64,000 nucleotides of DNA from Auanema rhodensis. Its lineage: Eukaryota; Animalia; Nematoda. The position numbers were made by a program, and so were the translations under genes. Shown in pieces: positions 1-13,400 of the stretch. The notes below the pieces were generated by a model. That model searched no databases. It worked only from the letters and a program-made list of their open reading frames with translations, and was not told the DNA's origin. Position 1 is the stretch's first letter; every line of letters begins with the position of its first letter. The stretch is from contig OZ059894.1 of the NCBI GenBank assembly GCA_964057225.1, forward strand, positions 13,020,001 to 13,084,000. Reading direction: 5' to 3'.

Positions 1-581
1 TTCAAAACTATTGCAAAAATATGAGATTGTTTCAAAATACGTGATTAAATGAAGAAAATAGAGTAAAATGAATTGGAATATTATAAAATATTTTCATGTT
101 TTATTTCTTGAGTATCAAAATATTCAAACTTTTTTTTTTCACTGTTTAAAATCTTAATGAACGAATGAATTGTTTCAAAACTATTGTAAAAATATGAGAT
201 TGTTTCAAAATACGTGATTAAATAAAGAAAATGGAGTAAAATGAATTGGAAAATTATAAAATATTTTCATGTTTTATTTCTTGAGTTTCAAAATATTCAA
301 ACTTTTTTTTTTCACTGTTTAAAATCTTAATGAACGAATGAATTGTTTCAAAACTATTGTAAAAATATGAGATTGTTTCAAAATACGTGATTAAATGAAG
401 AAAATGGAGTAAAATGAATTGGAAAATTATAAAATATTTCCATGTTTTATTTTCTTAGTATCAGAAAATTCAAATTAAGATCGTTTTTAATGTTTCAAAT
501 CTCAATGAACGAATGAATTGTTTCAAAACTATTGTAAAAATATGAGATTGTTTCAAAATACGTGATTAAATGAAGAAAATG

Positions 582-3500
582 GAGTAAAATGAATTGGAAA
601 ATTATAAAATATTTTCATGTTTTATTTCTTGAGTATCAAAATATTCAAACTTTTTTTTTCACTGTTTAAAATCTTAATGAACGAATGAATTGTTTCAAAA
701 CTATTGTAAAAATTTGAGATTGTTTCAAAATACGTGATTAAATGAAGAAAATGGAATAAAATGAATTGGAAAATTATAAAATATTTCCATGTTTTATTTT
801 CTTAGTATCAGAAAATTCAAATTAAGATCGTTTTTAATGTTTCAAATCTTAATGAACGAATGAATTGTTTCAAAACTATTGTAAAAATATGAGATTGTTT
901 CAAAATACGTGATTAAATGAAGAAAATAGAGTAAAATGAATTGGAAAATTATAAAATATTTTCATGTTTTATTTCTTGAGTATCAAAATATTCAAAATTA
1001 TATCTTTTTTACTGTTAAAAACATTATTAACTGGATGATTTGTTTCGAAATTATTGCAAAAATATGAGATTGTTTCAAAATACGTGATTAAATGAAGAAA
1101 ATGGAGTAAAATGAATTGGAAAATTATAAAATATTTTCCTGTTTTATTTCTTGAGTATCAAAATATTCAAACTTTTTTTTTTCACTGTTTAAAATCTTAA
1201 TGAACGAATGAATTGTTTCAAAACTATTGTAAAAATATGAGATTGTTTCAAAATACGTGATTAAATAAAGAAAATGGAGTAAAATGAATTGGAAAATTAT
1301 AAAATATTTTCATGTTTTATTTCTTGAGTTTCAAAATATTCAATCTTTTTTTTTTCACTGTTTAAAATCTTAATGAACGAATGAATTGTTTCAAAACTAT
1401 TGTAAAAATATGAGATTGTTTCAAAATACGTGATCAAATGAAGAAAATGGAGTAAAATGAATTGGAAAATTATAAAATATTTCCATGTTTTATTTTCTTA
1501 GTATCAGAAAATTCAAATTAAGATCGTTTTTCACTGTTTAAAATCTTAATGAACGAATGAATTGTTTCAAAACTATTGTAAAAATATGAGATTGTTTCAA
1601 AATACGTGATTAAATGAAGAAAATGGAGTAAAATGAATTGGAAAATTATAAAATATTTTCATGTTTTATTTCTTGAGTATCAAAATATTTAAACTTTTTT
1701 TTTTCACTGTTTAAAATCTTACAGAACGAATGAATTGTTTCAAAACTATTGTAAAAATTTGAGATTGTTTCAAAATACGTGATTAAATGAAGAAAATGGA
1801 GTAAAATGAATTGGAAAATTATAAAATATTTCCATGTTTTATTTTCTTATTATCAGAAAATTCAAATTAAGATCGTTTTTAATGTTTCAAATCTTAATGA
1901 ACGAATTAATTGTTTCAAAACTATTGTAAAAATATGAGATTGTTTCAAAATACGTGATTAAATGAAGAAAATAGAGTAAAATGAATTGGAAAATTATAAA
2001 ATATTTCCATGTTTTATTTTTTTTTTCTTTTTTTTTTCAACTTTTTTTTTTCACTGTTTAAAATCTTAATGAACGAATGAATTGTTTCAAAACTATTGTA
2101 AAAATTTGAGATTGTTTCAAAATACGTGATTAAATGAAGAAAATGGAGTAAAATGAATTGGAAAATTATAAAATATTTCCATGTTTTATTTTTTTAGTAT
2201 CAGAAAATTCAAATTAAGATCGTTTTTAATGTTTCAAATCTCAATGAACGAATGAATTGTTTCAACACTATTGTAAAAATATGAGATTGTTTCAAAATAC
2301 GTGATTAAATGAAGAAAATGGAGTAAAATGAATTGGAAAATTATAAAATATTTTCCTGTTTTATTTCTTGAGTTTCAAAATATTCAAACTTTTTTTTTTC
2401 ACTGTTTAAAATCTTAATGAACGAATGAATTGTTTCAAAACTATTGTAAAAATTTGAGATTGTTTCAAAATACGTGATTAAATGAAGAAAATGGAGTAAA
2501 ATGAATTGGAAAATTATAAAATATTTTCATGTTTTATTTTTTGAGTATCAAAATAATTAAAATTATATCTACTTTACTGTTAAAAACATTATTAACTGGA
2601 TGATTTGTTTCGAAATTATTGTAAAATTTAAAATTGTTCCAAGAAACATGATTAAATGAAGAAAATAGAGTAAAATGAATTGGAAAATTTTAAAATATTT
2701 TCATGTTTTATTTTTTGAGTATCAAAATATTTGAAATTATATCTTCTTTACTGTTAAAAACATTATTAAATGAATGATTTGTTTCAAAATTATTGTAAAA
2801 ATTTAAAATTGTTCCAAGAAACATGATTAAATGAAGAAAATAGAGTAAAATGAATTGGAAAATTATAAAATATTTTCATGTTTTATTTCTTGAGTATCAA
2901 AATATTCAAACTTTTTTTTTCACTGTTTAAAATCTTAATGAACGAATGAATTGTTTCAAAACTATTGTAAAAATTTGAGATTGTTTCAAAATACGTGATT
3001 AAATGAAGAAAATGGAATAAAATGAATTGGAAAATTATAAAATATTTCCATGTTTTATTTTCTTAGTATCAGAAAATTCAAATTAAGATCGTTTTTAATG
3101 TTTCAAATCTTAATGAACGAATGAATTGTTTCAAAACTATTGTAAAAATATGAGATTGTTTCAAAATACGTGATTAAATGAAGAAAATAGAGTAAAATGA
3201 ATTGGAAAATTATAAAATATTTTCATGTTTTATTTCTTGAGTATCAAAATATTCAAAATTATATCTTTTTTACTGTTAAAAACATTATTAACTGGATGAT
3301 TTGTTTCGAAATTATTGCAAAAATATGAGATTGTTTCAAAATACGTGATTAAATGAAGAAAATGGAGTAAAATGAATTGGAAAATTATAAAATATTTTCC
3401 TGTTTTATTTCTTGAGTATCAAAATATTCAAACTTTTTTTTTTCACTGTTTAAAATCTTAATGAACGAATGAATTGTTTCAAAACTATTGTAAAAATATG

Positions 3501-4635
3501 AGATTGTTTCAAAATACGTGATTAAATAAAGAAAATGGAGTAAAATGAATTGGAAAATTATAAAATATTTTCATGTTTTATTTCTTGAGTTTCAAAATAT
3601 TCAATCTTTTTTTTTTCACTGTTTAAAATCTTAATGAACGAATGAATTGTTTCAAAACTATTGTAAAAATATGAGATTGTTTCAAAATACGTGATCAAAT
3701 GAAGAAAATGGAGTAAAATGAATTGGAAAATTATAAAATATTTCCATGTTTTATTTTCTTAGTATCAGAAAATTCAAATTAAGATCGTTTTTAATGTTTC
3801 AAATCTCAATGAACGAATGAATTGTTTCAAAACTATTGTAAAAATATGAGATTGTTTCAAAATACGTGATTAAATGAAGAAAATGGAGTAAAATGAATTG
3901 GAAAATCATAAAATATTTTCATGTTTTATTTCTTGAGTTTCAAAATATTCAATCTTTTTTTTTTCACTGTTTAAAATCTTAATGAACGAATGAATTGTTT
4001 CAAAACTATTGTAAAAATATGAGATTGTTTCAAAATACGTGATTAAATGAAGAAAATGGAGTAAAATGAATTGGAAAATTATAAAATATTTTCATGTTTT
4101 ATTTCTTGAGTATCAAAATATTTAAACTTTTTTTTTTCACTGTTTAAAATCTTACAGAACGAATGAATTGTTTCAAAACTATTGTAAAAATTTGAGATTG
4201 TTTCAAAATACGTGATTAAATGAAGAAAATGGAGTAAAATGAATTGGAAAATTATAAAATATTTCCATGTTTTATTTTCTTATTATCAGAAAATTCAAAT
4301 TAAGATCGTTTTTAATGTTTCAAATCTTAATGAACGAATTAATTGTTTCAAAACTATTGTAAAAATATGAGATTGTTTCAAAATACGTGATTAAATGAAG
4401 AAAATAGAGTAAAATGAATTGGAAAATTATAAAATATTTCCATGTTTTATTTTTTTTTTTCTTTTTTTTTTCAACTTTTTTTTTTCACTGTTTAAAATCT
4501 TAATGAACGAATGAATTGTTTCAAAACTATTGTAAAAATTTGAGATTGTTTCAAAATACGTGATTAAATGAAGAAAATGGAGTAAAATGAATTGGAAAAT
4601 TATAAAATATTTCCATGTTTTATTTTTTTAGTATC
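582..4635 (+). repeat. Duplicated higher-order block, about 582-2202 and 2843-4635 (offset 2261, then 2433)
   Basis: Shared rare variants: gtgatCaaatg (about 1433/3694), caaTcttt (1341/3602), cttaCAgaacg (1721/4154), ttaTtatcag, and the poly-T monomer (2017/4450). Confidence 0.85.
2017..2051 (+). repeat. Homopolymer-converted monomer variant T10-C-T10-CAAC-T10
   Basis: Read directly. Further copies are at about 4450-4485 and 7754-7789, and inverted at about 43882-43917 and 46669-46704. Confidence 0.9.
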
Positions 4636-7600
4636 AAGATATTCAAAATTATATCTTTTTTACTGTTAAAAACATTATTAACTGGATGATTTGTTTGGAA
4701 ATTATTGTAAAAATATGAGATTGTTTCAAAATACGTGATTAAATGAAGAAAATGGAGTAAAATGAATTGGAAAATTATAAAATATTTTCCTGTTTTATTT
4801 CTTGAGTTTCAAAATATTCAAACTTTTTTTTTTCACTGTTTAAAATCTTAATGAACGAATGAATTGTTTCAAAACTATTGTAAAAATTTGAGATTGTTTC
4901 AAAATACGTGATTAAATGAAGAAAATGGAGTAAAATGAATTGGAAAATTATAAAATATTTCCATGTTTTATTTTCTTAGTATCAGAAAATTCAAATTAAG
5001 ATTGTTTTTAATGTTTCAAATCTTAATGAACGAATGAATTGTTTCAAAACTATTGTAAAAATATGAGATTGTTTCAAAATACGTGATTAAATGAAGAAAA
5101 TGGAGTAAAATGAATTGGAAAAATATAAAATATTTTCATGTTTTATTTCTTGAGTTTCAAAATATTCAAACTTTTTTTTTTCACTGTTTAAAATCTTAAT
5201 GAACGAATGAATTGTTTCAAAACTATTGTAAAAATTTGAGATTGTTTCAAAATACGTGATTAAATGAAGAAAATAGAGTAAAATGAATTGGAAAATTATG
5301 AAATATTTTCATGTTTTATTTTTTGAGTATCAAAATATTTGAAATTATAACTTCTTTACTGTTAAAAACATTATTAACTGGATGATTTGTTTCGAAATTA
5401 TTGTAAAAATTTAAAATTGTTCCAAGAAACATGATTAAATGAAGAAAATAGAGTAAAATGAATTGGAAAATTATAAAATATTTTCATGTTTTATTTTTTG
5501 AGTATCAAAATAATTAAAATAATATCTACTTTACTGTTAAAAACATTATTAACTGGATGATTTGTTTCGAAATTATTGTAAAATTTAAAATTGTTCCAAG
5601 AAACATGATTAAATGAAGAAAATAGAGTAAAATGAATTGGAAAATTTTAAAATATTTTCATGTTTTATTTTTTGAGTATCAAAATATTTAAAATTATACC
5701 TTCTTTACTGTTAAAAACATTATTAAATGAATGATTTGTTTCGAAATTATTGTAAAAATTTAAAATTGTTCCAAGAAACATGATTAAATGAAGAAAATAG
5801 AGTAAAATGAATTGGAAAATTATAAAATATTTTCATGTTTTATTTCTTGAGTATCAAAATATTCAAACTTTTTTTTTCACTGTTTAAAATCTTAATGAAC
5901 GAATGATTTGTTTCGAAATTATTATAAAATTCAAAATTGTTCCAAGAAACATGATTAAATGAAGAAAATAGAGTAAAATGAATTGGAAAATTTTAAAATA
6001 TTTTCATGTTTTATTTTTTGAGTATCAAAATATTTAAAATTATATCTTCTTTACTGTTAAAAACATTATTAAATGAATGATTTGTTTCGAAATTATTGTA
6101 AAAATTTAAAATTGTTCCAAGAAACATGATTAAATGAAGAAAATGGAATAAAATGAATTGGAAAATTATAAAATATTTCCATGTTTTATTTCTTGAGTAT
6201 CAAAATATTCAAAATTATATCTTTTTTACTGTTAAAAACATTATTAACTAGATGATTTGTTTCGAAATTATTGCAAAAATATGAGATTGTTTCAAAATAC
6301 GTGATTAAATGAAGAAAATGGAGTAAAATGAATTGGAAAATTATAAAATATTTTCCTGTTTTATTTCTTGAGTTTCAAAATATTCAAACTTTTTTTTTTC
6401 ACTGTTTAAAATCTTAATGAACGAATGAATTGTTTCAAAACTATTGTAAAAATATGAGATTGTTTCAAAATACGTGATTAAATGAAGAAAATAGAGTAAA
6501 ATGAATTGGAATATTATAAAATATTTTCATGTTTTATTTCTTGAATATCAAAATATTCAAACTTTTTTTTTTCACTGTTTAAAATCTTAATGAACGAATG
6601 AATTGTTTCAAAACTATTGTAAAAATATGAGATTGTTTCAAAATACGTGATTAAATGAAGAAAATGGAGTAAAATGAATTGGAAAATTATAAAATATTTT
6701 CCTGTTTTATTTCTTGAGTTTCAAAATATTCAAACTTTTTTTTTTCACTGTTTAAAATCTTAATGAACGAATGAATTGTTTCAAAACTATTGTAAAAATT
6801 TGAGATTGTTTCAAAATACGTGATTAAATGAAGAAAATGGAGTAAAATGAATTGGAAAATTATAAAATATTTCCATGTTTTATTTTCTTAGTATCAGAAA
6901 ATTCAAATTAAGATTGTTTTTAATGTTTCAAATCTTAATGAACGAATGAATTGTTTCGAAACTATTGTAAAAATATGAGATTGTTTCAAAATACGTGATT
7001 AAATGAAGAAAATGGAGTAAAATGAATTGGAAAAATATAAAATATTTTCATGTTTTATTTCTTGAGTTTCAAAATATTCAAACTTTTTTTTTTCACTGTT
7101 TAAAATCTTAATGAACGAATGAATTGTTTCAAAACTATTGTAAAAATATGAGATTGTTTCAAAATACGTGATTAAATGAAGAAAATGGAGTAAAATGAAT
7201 TGGAAAATTATAAAATATTTCCATGTTTTATTTTCTTAGTATCAGAAAATTCAAATTAAGATCGTTTTTAATGTTTCAAATCTCAATGAACGAATGAATT
7301 GTTTCAAAACTATTGTAAAAATATGAGATTGTTTCGAAATACGTGATTAAATGAAGAAAATGGAGTAAAATGAATTGGAAAATTATAAAATATTTTCATG
7401 TTTTATTTCTTGAGTATCAAAATATTTAAACTTTTTTTTTTCACTGTTTAAAATCTTACAGAACGAATGAATTGTTTCAAAACTATTGTAAAAATTTGAG
7501 ATTGTTTCAAAATACGTGATTAAATGAAGAAAATGGAGTAAAATGAATTGGAAAATTATAAAATATTTCCATGTTTTATTTTCTTATTATCAGAAAATTC

Positions 7601-8840
7601 AAATTAAGATTGTTTTTAATGTTTCAAATCTTAATGAACGAATTAATTGTTTCAAAACTATTGTAAAAATATGAGATTGTTTCAAAATACGTGATTAAAT
7701 GAAGAAAATAGAGTAAAATGAATTGGAAAATTATAAAATATTTCCATGTTTTATTTTTTTTTTTCTTTTTTTTTTCAACTTTTTTTTTTCACTGTTTAAA
7801 ATCTTACAGAACGAATGAATTGTTTCAAAACTATTGTAAAAATTTGAGATTGTTTCAAAATACGTGATTAAATGAAGAAAATGGAGTAAAATGAATTGGA
7901 AAATTATAAAATATTTCCATGTTTTATTTTCTTAGTATCAGAAAATTCAAATTAAGATCGTTTTTAATGTTTCAAATCTTAATGAACGAATTAATTGTTT
8001 CAAAACTATTGTAAAAATATGAGATTGTTTCAAAATACGTGATTAAATGAAGAAAATAGAGTAAAATGAATTGGAATATTATAAAATATTTTCATGTTTT
8101 ATTTCTTGAGTATCAAAATATTCAAACTTTTTTTTTTCACTGTTTAAAATCTTAATGAACGAATGAATTGTTTCAAAACTATTGTAAAAATTTGAGATTG
8201 TTTCAAAATACGTGATTAAATGAAGAAAATAGAGTAAAATGAATTGGAAAATTATAAAATATTTTCATGTTTTATTTTTTGAGTATCAAAATAATTAAAA
8301 TTATATCTACTTTACTGTTAAAAACATTATTAACTGGATGATTTGTTTCGAAATTATTGTAAAATTTAAAATTGTTCCAAGAAACATGATTAAATGAAGA
8401 AAATAGAGTAAAATGAATTGGAAAATTTTAAAAAATTTTCATGTTTTATTTTTTGAGTATCAAAATATTTGAAATTATATCTTCTTTACTGTTAAAAACA
8501 TTATTAAATGAATGATTTGTTTCAAAATTATTGTAAAAATTTAAAATTGTTCCAAGAAACATGATTAAATGAAGAAAATAGAGTAAAATGAATTGGAAAA
8601 TTATAAAATATTTTCATGTTTTATTTCTTGAGTATCAAAATATTCAAACTTTTTTTTTCACTGTTTAAAATCTTAATGAACGAATGAATTGTTTCAAAAC
8701 TATTGTAAAAATTTGAGATTGTTTCAAAATACGTGATTAAATGAAGAAAATGGAATAAAATGAATTGGAAAATTATAAAATTATAAAAAATCCATGTTTT
8801 ATTTTCTTAGTATCAGAAAATTCAAATTAAGATCGTTTTT

Positions 8841-8855
8841 AATGTTTTACAATAG
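8841..8855. other. Strand-inversion breakpoint within the satellite array
   Basis: The forward monomer matches through ...gatcgtttttaatgTTT (8847) and the reverse monomer matches from TTTtacaatag (8845). The overlap is TTT with no inserted spacer. Confidence 0.95.
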
Positions 8856-10456
8856 TTTTGAAACAATTCATTCGTTCATTAAGATTTTAAACAGTGAAAA
8901 AAAAGTTTGAATATTTTGATACTCAAGAAATAAAACATGAAAATATTTTATAATTTTCCAATTCATTTTGCTCCATTTTCTTCATTTAATCACGTATTTT
9001 GAAACAATCTCATATTTTTACAATAATTTCCAAACAAATCATCCAGTTAATAATGTTTTTAACAGTAAAAAAGATATAATTTTGAATATTTTGATACTCA
9101 AGAAATAAAACATGAAAATATTTTATAATTTTCCAATTCATTTTACTCTATTTTCTTCATTTAATCATGTTTCTTGGAACAATTTTAAATTTTTACAATA
9201 ATTTCGAAACAAATCATTCATTTAATAATGTTTTTAACAGTAAAGAAGATATAATTTTAAATATTTCGATACTCAAAAAATAAAACATGAAAATATTTTA
9301 AAATTTTCCAATTCATTTTACTCTATTTTCTTTATTTAATTATGTTTCTTGGAACAATTTTAAATTTTACAATAATTTCGAAATAAATAATCCAGTTAAT
9401 AATGTTTTTAACAGTAAAGTAGATAAAATTTTAATTTATTTGATACTCAAAAAATGAAACATGAAAATATTTTATAATTTTCCAATTCATTTTACTCTAT
9501 TTTCTTCATTTAATCACGTATTTTGAAACAATCTCATATTTTTACAATAGTTTTGAAACAATTCATTTGTTCATTAAGATTTGAAACATTAAAAACGATC
9601 TTAATTTGAATTTTCTGATACTCAAAAAATAAAACATGAAAATATTTTATAATTTTCCAATTCATTTTACTCTATTTTCTTCATTTAATCATGTGTCTTG
9701 AAACAATCTCAAATTTTTACAATAGTTTTGAAACAATTCATTCGTTCATTAAGATTTTAAACAGTGAAAAAAAAAGTTTGAATATTTTGATACTCAAGAA
9801 ATAAAACATGAAAATATTTTATAATTTTCCAATTCATTTTACTCTATTTTCTTCATTTAATCATGTTTCTTGGAACAATTTTAAATTTTTACAATAATTT
9901 CGAAACAATTCATTCATTTAATAATGTTTTTAACAGTAAAGAAGATATAATTTTAAATATTTCGATACTCAAAAAATAAAACATGAAAATATTTTAAAAT
10001 TTTCCAATTCATTTTACTCTATTTTCTTCATTTAATTATGTTTCTTGGAACAATTTTAAATTTTACAATAATTTCGAAATAAATAATCCAGTTAATAATG
10101 TTTTTAACAGTAAAGTAGATAAAATTTTAATTTATTTGATACTCAAAAAATGAAACATGAAAATATTTTATAATTTTCCAATTCATTTTACTCTATTTTC
10201 TTCATTTAATCACGTATTTTGAAACAATCTCATATTTTTACAATAGTTTTGAAACAATTCATTCGTTCATTAAGATTTGAAACATTAAAAACGATCTTAA
10301 TTTGAATTTTCTGATACTCAAAAAATAAAACATGAAAATATTTTATAATTTTCCAATTCATTTTACTCCATTTTCTTCATTTAATCACGTATTTTGAAAC
10401 AATCTCATATTTTTACAATAGTTTTGAAACAATTCATTCGTTCATTAAGATTTGAA

Positions 10457-13400
10457 ACATTAAAAACGATCTTAATTTGAATTTTCTGATACTCAAAAAA
10501 TAAAACATGAAAATATTTTATAATTTTCCAATTCATTTTACTCTATTTTCTTCATTTAATCATGTGTCTTGAAACAATCTCAAATTTTTACAATAGTTTT
10601 GAAACAATTCATTCGTTCATTAAGATTTTAAACAGTGAAAAAAAAAGTTTGAATATTTTGATACTCAAGAAATAAAACATGAAAATATTTTATAATTTTC
10701 CAATTCATTTTACTCTATTTTCTTCATTTAATCATGTTTCTTGGAACAATTTTAAATTTTTACAATAATTTCGAAACAAATCATTCATTTAATAATGTTT
10801 TTAACAGTAAAGAAGATATAATTTTAAATATTTCGATACTCAAAAAATAAAACATGAAAATATTTTAAAATTTTCCAATTCATTTTACTCTATTTTCTTC
10901 ATTTAATTATGTTTCTTGGAACAATTTTAAATTTTACAATAATTTCGAAATAAATAATCCAGTTAATAATGTTTTTAACAGTAAAGTAGATAAAATTTTA
11001 ATTTATTTGATACTCAAAAAATGAAACATGAAAATATTTTATAATTTTCCAATTCATTTTACTCTATTTTCTTCATTTAATCACGTATTTTGAAACAATC
11101 TCATATTTTTACAATAATTTCGAAACAAATCATCCAGTTAATAATGTTTTTAACAGTAAAGAAGTTATAATTTCAAATATTTTGATACTAAAAAAATAAA
11201 ACATGGAAATATTTTATAATTTTCCAATTCATTTTACTCCATTTTCTTCATTTAATCACGTATTTTGAAACAATCTCATGTTTTTACAATAGTTTTGAAA
11301 CAATTCATTCGTTCATTAAGATTTTAAACAGTGAAAACGATCTTAATTTGAATTTTCTGATACTAAAAAAATAAAACATGGAAATATTTTATAATTTCCC
11401 AATTCATTTTACTCCATTTTCTTCATTTAATCACGTATTTTGAAACAATCTCATATTTTTACAATAGTTTTGAAACAATTCATTCGTTCATTGAGATTTG
11501 AAACATTAAAAACGATCTTAATTTGAATTTTCTGATACTAAAAAAATAAAACATGGAAATATTTTATAATTTTCCAATTCATTTTACTCCATTTTCTTCA
11601 TTTAATCACGTATTTTGAAACAATCTCATATTTTTACAATAGTTTTGAAACAATTCATTCGTTCATTAAGATTTGAAACATTAAAAACGATCTTAATTTG
11701 AATTTTCTGATACTCAAAAAATAAAACATGAAAATATTTTATAATTTTCCAATTCATTTTACTCTATTTTCTTCATTTAATCACGTATTTTGAAACAATC
11801 TCAAATTTTTACAATAGTTTTGAAACAATTCATTCGTTCTGTAAGATTTTAAACAGTGAAAAAAAAAAGTTTAAATATTTTGATACTCAAGAAATAAAAC
11901 ATGAAAATATTTTATAATTTTCCAATTCATTTTACTCCATTTTCTTCATTTAATCACGTATTTTGAAACAATCTCATATTTTTACAATAGTTTTGAAACA
12001 ATTCATTTGTTCATTGAGATTTGAAACATTAAAAACGATCTTAATTTGAATTTTCTGATAGTAAGAAAATAAAACATGGAAATATTTTATAATTTTCCAA
12101 TTCATTTTACTCCATTTTCTTCATTTAATCACGTATTTTGAAACAATCTCATATTTTTACAATAGTTTTGAAACAATTCATTCGTTCATTAAGATTTTAA
12201 ACAGTGAAAAAAAAAGTTTGAATATTTTGAAACTCAAGAAATAAAACATGAAAATATTTTATAATTTTCCAATTCATTTTACTCCATTTTCTTTATTTAA
12301 TCACGTATTTTGAAACAATCTCATATTTTTACAATAGTTTTGAAACAATTCATTCGTTCATTAAGATTTTAAACAGTGAAAAAAAAAGTTTGAATATTTT
12401 GATACTCAAGAAATAAAACATGAAAATATTTTATAATATTCCAATTCATTTTACTCTATTTTCTTCATTTAATCACGTATTTTGAAACAATCTCATATTT
12501 TTACAATAGTTTTGAAACAATTCATTCGTTCATTAAGATTTTAAACAGTGAAAAAAAAAAGTTTGAATATTTTGAAACTCAAGAAATAAAACAGGAAAAT
12601 ATTTTATAATTTTCCAATTCATTTTACTCCATTTTCTTCATTTAATCACGTATTTTGAAACAATCTCATATTTTTGCAATAATTTCGAAACAAATCATCC
12701 AGTTAATAATGTTTTTAACAGTAAAAAAGATATAATTTTGAATATTTTGATACTCAAGAAATAAAACATGGAAATATTTTATAATTTTCCAATTCATTTT
12801 ATTCCATTTTCTTCATTCAATCATGTTTCTTGGAACAATTTTAAATTTTTACAATAATTTCGAAACAAATCATTCATTTAATAATGTTTTTAACAGTAAA
12901 GAAGATATAATTTTAAATATTTTGATACTCAAAAAATAAAACATGAAAATATTTTAAAATTTTCCAATTCATTTTACTCTATTTTCTTCATTTAATCATG
13001 TTTCTTGGAACAATTTTAAATTTTACAATAATTTCGAAACAAATCATTCGTTCATTAAGATTTTAAACAGTGAAAAAAAAAGTTTGAATATTTTGATACT
13101 CAAGAAATAAAACATGAAAATATTTTATAATTTTCCAATTCATTTTACTCTATTTTCTTCATTTAATCATGTTTCTTGGAAAAATTTTAAATTTTTACAA
13201 TAATTTCGAAACAAATCATTCATTTAATAATGTTTTTAACAGTAAAGAAGATATAATTTTAAATATTTTGATACTCAAAAAATAAAACATGAAAATATTT
13301 TAAAATTTTCCAATTCATTTTACTCTATTTTCTTCATTTAATCATGTTTCTTGGAACAATTTTAAATTTTACAATAATTTCGAAACAAATCATCCAGTTA

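Larger units (their letters stand above)
1..8847 (+). repeat. Tandem satellite array, about 174-bp monomer, orientation 1 (about 51 monomers)
   Basis: TTCAAAACTATTG recurs at 1, 174, 347 and 522 (spacings 173, 173, 175). Monomer: ttcaaaactattgtaaaaatatgagattgtttcaaaatacgtgattaaatgaagaaaatggagtaaaatgaattggaaaattataaaatattttcatgttttatttcttgagtatcaaaatattcaaac(T9-10)cactgtttaaaatcttaatgaacgaatgaattgt. The array runs off the left edge of the window. The strand label is arbitrary. Confidence 0.98.

Noticed and set aside
8868-8890. Possible CENP-B box at cattcgttcattaag
   Set aside because: Only TTCG matches. The downstream A and CGGG of the NTTCGNNNNANNCGGGN consensus are missing.
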